Positions 55,627 to 60,293 of a stretch of DNA of 60,293 nt are shown piece after piece. Each line of letters starts with the position of its first letter. The first letter of the stretch is position 1. Made by a program: the position numbers and the translations under genes. The DNA is taken from IMG/VR virus record IMGVR_UViG_3300046779_000619, positions 1-60,293 of that record, one strand, 5' to 3'. The notes below the pieces were generated by a model. It was given only the letters and a program-made list of their open reading frames with translations, ran no database searches and was not told the DNA's origin. The stretch is from a virus. Its lineage: Duplodnaviria; Caudoviricetes.

Positions 55627-56820
55627 TTAAACCTCTTCCCACGTATAATCGTCGATTGTGGAATCAGGGTAGCGTTGCAATACACGCTGTTGAACATGTG
55701 CTAGGTCTCTAGCTTCAATGCGAGCGGATCTTCCACTAGCAAGTTGAGTTACATTAAACGTTCTCATTGCAGGTTGTTCCTGCTCTGGCTCTTGTTGTGG
55801 CTCGTCTTGCTGTTGTGGTTGTTCCTGCTCTGGCTCTTGTTGCGGCTCATCTTGCTGTTCAGGCTCTTCATCCTTTTCACCAGATGCAACTGATAAGGGA
55901 TACTTGCCTTTGATTAGATCGATCTCTCTAGCGATGTCGTATCCGCCCGGAACAATCTCTGTAGAACCGCTCTTGATTTCTTCAGCTTTAGACTGTATTC
56001 CAGAAATGATGTCTTTCATCAGCCCTGGGAACAACTCAGAAAAACGTTTATCATTATAAGGAATGTCGTGTCTACGTTCTTGGTCACCTCGAACAAGCTG
56101 ATTGGTTGCAGCGTGGAACTGCCACTTACCATCAACATCCTCAATGTTTGACTTATCAACAACGTTAACAATCATACCGTCTGGTGCATAACGACCAAAC
56201 CATTGTGCTCCACTGCTAGATCCTGTACAGAAGTTAGGAATGTAACCACCGGACTTGTCTGTAGAATAGCAGCTACCGTAGTTCAAAGGAACAATAACAC
56301 GGAAGCGGTCGTTGTCAATAATAACAACTTCTTTGGCTTCACGTTTCATTCTTTCAATATGTTCTTGATCCTTGATGCGGTCTAGTTCTTGGCGATATTG
56401 TCTATCGTTTCGAATACGCTGCAACTGTTTGATACTCTTAAACTTATTAAAATCTTGATCAGCAGGCTTTAGTTTGCCGCGAGTGCTTAGAGCTTTCCAT
56501 GCGCCTAGTGCATCGCCACCTTCTCCGCTGATATCTTCGTAGTCTGCAATACCGTTGACATACTGTCTTAATAGCCAGTCGTCAAACTTACCATCTCTGC
56601 TGAGATCGCCGTAGGTGTTATTGCTCAATACACCGTCTATCAACTCACTCCAGAGTGTAACAGCTTCTTGGTCGGTTGGGCGTGGGCCCAACTTAGCAAT
56701 CGCAGACTTAGGTAATGTATTATCATGTCTGAATGCGATGGCTAACATTTTAGTCATCTTAGGGTCTTTCAAGACCTTTGAAGCTACATTGGCTTCTACT
56801 ATTAGTTGTTTGAGTTTCAT
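55627..56820 (-). CDS. Hypothetical late protein with Q/E/P repeat linker
   Basis: 397 aa; MKLKQLIVEA start. Confidence 0.8.
   Translation of the reverse strand: MKLKQLIVEANVASKVLKDPKMTKMLAIAFRHDNTLPKSAIAKLGPRPTDQEAVTLWSELIDGVLSNNTYGDLSRDGKFDDWLLRQYVNGIADYEDISGEGGDALGAWKALSTRGKLKPADQDFNKFKSIKQLQRIRNDRQYRQELDRIKDQEHIERMKREAKEVVIIDNDRFRVIVPLNYGSCYSTDKSGGYIPNFCTGSSSGAQWFGRYAPDGMIVNVVDKSNIEDVDGKWQFHAATNQLVRGDQERRHDIPYNDKRFSELFPGLMKDIISGIQSKAEEIKSGSTEIVPGGYDIAREIDLIKGKYPLSVASGEKDEEPEQQDEPQQEPEQEQPQQQDEPQQEPEQEQPAMRTFNVTQLASGRSARIEARDLAHVQQRVLQRYPDSTIDDYTWEEV
55772..55859. repeat. 45-bp tandem duplication (QQDEPQQEPEQEQP x2)
   Basis: Units start at 55772 and 55817, near identical. Confidence 0.9.
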
Positions 56821-57695
56821 CCTGTGATCAAGTTCCTCTTAAAGAAAGCTAAAACACTGCTGAGTTTTGCTTGATCCCCATTTGCAATATCTTTTATTAA
56901 CAAGCGACGACCCTCTCCATTTGTTGAAGTAAGATGATTATCGCCATAGCGTCCTCTTGATATTTCGCCTGTCTGTTCTGGATAGTGATATCCTGCTGCC
57001 AGTGTAAGTGCATTACCCACAGCACGAACAATAGGAGCATAGTTGTCTATATTGTCGCCACTTTCGATTGAACTGGCAATACCTTCTAGTTCTTCTAGCA
57101 TGTTAAGTTTTCGTTTAGCTTTGTCAAAAGCATCGTTCTTAATCATGTTAGCAACCATGCCTTTAATATCAGCCTGCGCTGCACGAACTGCTTTTAACCA
57201 TAAAGGTTTAAACTTCTTAACTAGAGAATCTTGATCGATTATAGGACCTGCAGGAGATTGTTTCTGCTTGGCTCTTGCTTTCTTAAGTAATGAAGCACTG
57301 TTTTGATCGGGCCCAACATAAAACTTACGAAGCTGTCCAATCTGCCCTTTAAGAAAATCTATAATGTTTCCACCACGATCATTTCTAAAAGTCTGTACAT
57401 CTCCGCCTGTACTTGCGATTGCGGTGTAAGATCCATTCTTTGATCTAATAGCACCTATGCCTCGGTCACCCTGTATAATAACCCACGAACCGTATCGCTC
57501 GTCCTTTAGCTCACTCCATTGGATCTTCATTATCGGACGATACTCTTGATCATGAGATAGATCGCTATTGGTATGCAAATACTTTATAACTTCTTTACCA
57601 CCGGGAATAGTTTTTACCAAAGACAGTGAAGAACTGGCTTCGGAAATAAGACCTTCACATAGTTGAGCAAATACTCGGGACACTGCAATATTCAT
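56817..57695 (-). CDS. Hypothetical protein
   Basis: 292 aa, coupled. Confidence 0.8.
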   Translation of the reverse strand: MNIAVSRVFAQLCEGLISEASSSLSLVKTIPGGKEVIKYLHTNSDLSHDQEYRPIMKIQWSELKDERYGSWVIIQGDRGIGAIRSKNGSYTAIASTGGDVQTFRNDRGGNIIDFLKGQIGQLRKFYVGPDQNSASLLKKARAKQKQSPAGPIIDQDSLVKKFKPLWLKAVRAAQADIKGMVANMIKNDAFDKAKRKLNMLEELEGIASSIESGDNIDNYAPIVRAVGNALTLAAGYHYPEQTGEISRGRYGDNHLTSTNGEGRRLLIKDIANGDQAKLSSVLAFFKRNLITG

Positions 57696-57696
57696 T

Positions 57697-58131
57697 TTAG
57701 TTACACCAGCTACCTTTTGCTTCTCCGTAGTACTCGCGAGCAAATCCGTTAGCTATCAACATAGCTCTAAGACTCTGACCGTTTAGAATGATATCACCCA
57801 ATACGCGGCCACCGAACTTATCCCAATCATATAGGATGACTTGTCGTTGTGTACTAGCTTTAACTGCATTTTTAGTGAACTCGGTTGCTGCAAGTCCTCT
57901 TTGATTTTCACTTTCGCACTTGGCTCTAAATCCTTTTTCCGGAGTATCGACTCCGAAGATTCTAACAGCGAGTTGTGGCTTGAGCGGAGCAGGTAGAAAG
58001 GGAGCTGCGATTACAACTGTATCTCCATCGTTTACTTTTAAAATTTGTGCGTCATAGGTAACGCCCTGCGGAGTTTTCTGTGCAAATACCAGGGTAGGTA
58101 CTGCCAGTAATAATAGTAATAGTTTTTTCAT
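57697..58131 (-). CDS. Thermonuclease (SNase-like) with signal peptide
   Basis: DGDT, RIFGVDTPE, DKFGGRVLG. Confidence 0.9.
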   Translation of the reverse strand: MKKLLLLLLAVPTLVFAQKTPQGVTYDAQILKVNDGDTVVIAAPFLPAPLKPQLAVRIFGVDTPEKGFRAKCESENQRGLAATEFTKNAVKASTQRQVILYDWDKFGGRVLGDIILNGQSLRAMLIANGFAREYYGEAKGSWCN

Positions 58132-58139
58132 ATGTGTAT

Positions 58140-58781
58140 TTATTTCCAAGCAACCATTTTAAATCTTTCTTCTGGAATGCCAAAGTATTCGCATTTCCAG
58201 CGACTCTGTGCAAAGAAATCTAAATGATGCCAAGTGTCTTTGTGCGCTAGTATTTGACGACCTGCATCCTGCCAATCTATAGCTGATAGTACAGGTTCAA
58301 TAGTTTCTTTAACTACGCATATTTCTTCGTAGTTAAAACTGTCCCATTCCCAGTGCAAGACTTCAAAAGCATTACCATCAGTGTCAGCCCAGTCCATGCT
58401 AAAATCTAATCCCCACTTAGGACGCAGAGCTATGATTTTATGAATCAACGGTAAGGATCTTGCCCAATACTGTAGTTCCTCTAGAGCTGCACCTGTGTAT
58501 CCTTTACGCTCAAATAGTAGGCTGTGATTAAGCACAGCGCCTTCTACAGTATAGTCTTGTGAGAACCAAGGCTGTTTTAGAGCCACACGATGTTCACGAT
58601 GCTTCTTAGGCTTGTTCCAGTTGCTATAGGCATAATGCTTTTCTAGATCAGTTAGGTCATAACCATTTTGATCAAATAGTGCAACATCTTCTGCTGTGGG
58701 CAGATAAACTATCTTCTCTACGGGCTTGTCCCAATAGCCATTGGCATCAAACTTGCTGTCAGTTATAACCACGCTGGACAT
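58140..58781 (-). CDS. Hypothetical protein
   Basis: 213 aa; FDQNGYDL, PKWGLDFS. Confidence 0.8.
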   Translation of the reverse strand: MSSVVITDSKFDANGYWDKPVEKIVYLPTAEDVALFDQNGYDLTDLEKHYAYSNWNKPKKHREHRVALKQPWFSQDYTVEGAVLNHSLLFERKGYTGAALEELQYWARSLPLIHKIIALRPKWGLDFSMDWADTDGNAFEVLHWEWDSFNYEEICVVKETIEPVLSAIDWQDAGRQILAHKDTWHHLDFFAQSRWKCEYFGIPEERFKMVAWK

Positions 58782-58917
58782 TTTTATCTAAACAGTCAGA
58801 GCAGGTGCATTCGTTGCAGTCACAATCATCAGTCATGCAACTTGATCCGCAATGGCCAGTACACCAACACTGGCATTTAGGTTTTAATCTTTGATAAGTT
58901 GTGTCGTTATTTCCCAC
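58759..58917 (-). CDS. Metallothionein-like Cys-rich peptide (52 aa, not in ORF track)
   Basis: AAGGAG SD + GTG; CQCWCTGHCGSSCMTDDCDCNECTCSDC. Confidence 0.65.
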   Translation of the reverse strand: MGNNDTTYQRLKPKCQCWCTGHCGSSCMTDDCDCNECTCSDCLDKNVQRGYN

Positions 58918-58926
58918 ATTGGCTCC

Positions 58927-59331
58927 TTATTTTACAATTGGTCCGCCGGTGACCCAAAGTTCACAGCTACGTGTTCCTGCACATTTAAAGTGCAGTAGAT
59001 TACAGTAGCCTAGGTCTGCGACCTCACGAGTTTTTTCTGCTTGATATGCTTCTTTGCCCATACCGTCGTGTATGCACTTGTACATAGCGTCTGTAATGTT
59101 GAATGCCGCACAGTTACCGCAGGTCATTGTCTTAGCAGTTTTTTCGTCAATGCCCCATTGCTTGGCCGCATCTTTCCAGTAGTTGCCTGGTTCGTCTGGA
59201 TTAGCAGGACCGTAGTGATGTTTATCTATGCCCACTTGTCTATTCTTGACATTTACTTCTAGATCGTGTGTAGCAATAGGACAGCCTTTGTTGGCCGCTT
59301 CTATTATGGTGATATATTTTCTGTAGGTCAT
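58927..59331 (-). CDS. Cys-containing hypothetical protein
   Basis: CP...CGNC...GYC...C...RSC. Confidence 0.75.
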   Translation of the reverse strand: MTYRKYITIIEAANKGCPIATHDLEVNVKNRQVGIDKHHYGPANPDEPGNYWKDAAKQWGIDEKTAKTMTCGNCAAFNITDAMYKCIHDGMGKEAYQAEKTREVADLGYCNLLHFKCAGTRSCELWVTGGPIVK

Positions 59332-60293
59332 CTCTGTTCAATCCAAGTCATTTGTGCCAAGGCTGCTTTGTTGGCAATAGGTGCAGCCACGGCTAGGGTC
59401 AATGTGTCGCTGACTGTGCCTAAACTACTGCGACCAATCTGATAGACAGTATCTTTGTCTAATCTAATGCCCGTGCCTCCACCGCCTGAAATAACAAATC
59501 CGCTGTCAATGTCTGTGCCGCCTGTGTAACTAGTAGCACTGACGTCATACTGTGTAAATGCGTTGGCATCAGGCATATCTACAAAGTTAGCACCGGTCAG
59601 TGTGGCATTGGTTACCAACTTGTAGAACACTGAGGTATTGTCCAATGTGGCCGCTTGGAAGAATGTGGGCAGAACAATACCTTGAAGGGTTGAGGATTTT
59701 AATCTAATGCTGAGTATAGGATAGAATGTATTGGCCACGGACATGGTCCTACCTGTGATAGGGCTAGTAATGTTCTGTGCGATGCCTAGTTTCTCCGCTT
59801 GACCTTCTGTGGTAAGACTGTTAGAACCTTGCCACATATAGTGATATGGCGCAGTCTGGCCACCTGTGGTATTGGTTAGTTCTAGCCTAATAGGCAAGAA
59901 GGGTGTAGAGCACCACGGTGTGTTAATAGTATTGCTGTTTTCAAACGTGTGTATAGTATGTATGTGCCCACGAATCAACCATCCAAATTTAACTTGACCC
60001 ACTCCATACCAGTCGTAGTTTATGACAAACATTTGCTGTGCATCAGGATTGGCCACAAGGGAACTGGGTCCGGTGCCGTCTAATCTATCGCCATTCCAAT
60101 CACTGCGAGGGATGCGGGTTTCTACAACTGATCCAGAAGTTTTAGAACGTATTACACAGTAATATGTTCCGTCACCTGCATCTTCAAAATAAACTCCATT
60201 GTTTTCATCAAATATACCTATGCGTCTACGTATGCCCGCAACCGGTGTTTGTAATCTCACTGAATAACTGAGTTCATTGTAACGTCCAGGAAT
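59328..60293 (-). CDS. Probable structural protein, 5' end outside window
   Basis: Frame stays open to the window edge; beta-rich, RIGIFD..NGVYFE, WYGVG. Confidence 0.75.
   Translation of the reverse strand: MPGRYNELSYSVRLQTPVAGIRRRIGIFDENNGVYFEDAGDGTYYCVIRSKTSGSVVETRIPRSDWNGDRLDGTGPSSLVANPDAQQMFVINYDWYGVGQVKFGWLIRGHIHTIHTFENSNTINTPWCSTPFLPIRLELTNTTGGQTAPYHYMWQGSNSLTTEGQAEKLGIAQNITSPITGRTMSVANTFYPILSIRLKSSTLQGIVLPTFFQAATLDNTSVFYKLVTNATLTGANFVDMPDANAFTQYDVSATSYTGGTDIDSGFVISGGGGTGIRLDKDTVYQIGRSSLGTVSDTLTLAVAAPIANKAALAQMTWIEQR

Noticed and set aside
55772-55859. 45-bp repeat as a CRISPR or DGR element
   Set aside because: Only two adjacent in-frame copies encoding a low-complexity linker; no spacers or reverse transcriptase.
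1-60293. Bacterial chromosome interpretation (dnaK, ahpCD, nrdAB, ssrA, rpsU)
   Set aside because: Genes lack their bacterial operon partners and are embedded among small phage-type ORFs, T4-like late promoters and virion-type genes.
1-60293. Genome-wide TAG recoding (code 15)
   Set aside because: Coding density is already near complete in code 11; read-through of the three TAG stops adds at most ~15 residues and fuses nothing.

Overview
This is a 60-kb segment of a large T4-like/jumbo dsDNA phage genome. Genes are densely packed, mostly on the minus strand, and read in standard code 11. It has near-consensus sigma70 promoters plus a recurrent TAAATA late-promoter motif. Host-like genes suggest a proteobacterial, probably betaproteobacterial, host (inference). 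Main modules: NAD+ salvage (nadV + NadM-Nudix); an amber (CUA) suppressor tRNA; a curli-like secretion/signalling locus (csgF-csgG-curlin-FecR-PA14/curlin-CHASE2 adenylate cyclase); heme oxygenase + PcyX-type bilin reductase; clpS-hsp20-dnaK; bS21; ahpC/ahpD; AcpS; a circularly permuted two-piece tmRNA; nrdA/sod/aldolase/nrdB/glutaredoxin; late/virion genes; and a yybP-ykoY riboswitch-TerC unit. The non-coding layer is unusually rich. It includes twin covarying AUAGA hairpins in the NAD operon, duplicated ROSE-like leaders on the chaperones, several unexplained structured RNAs and many apparently leaderless late mRNAs. All assignments come from manual motif reading; no searches were run.
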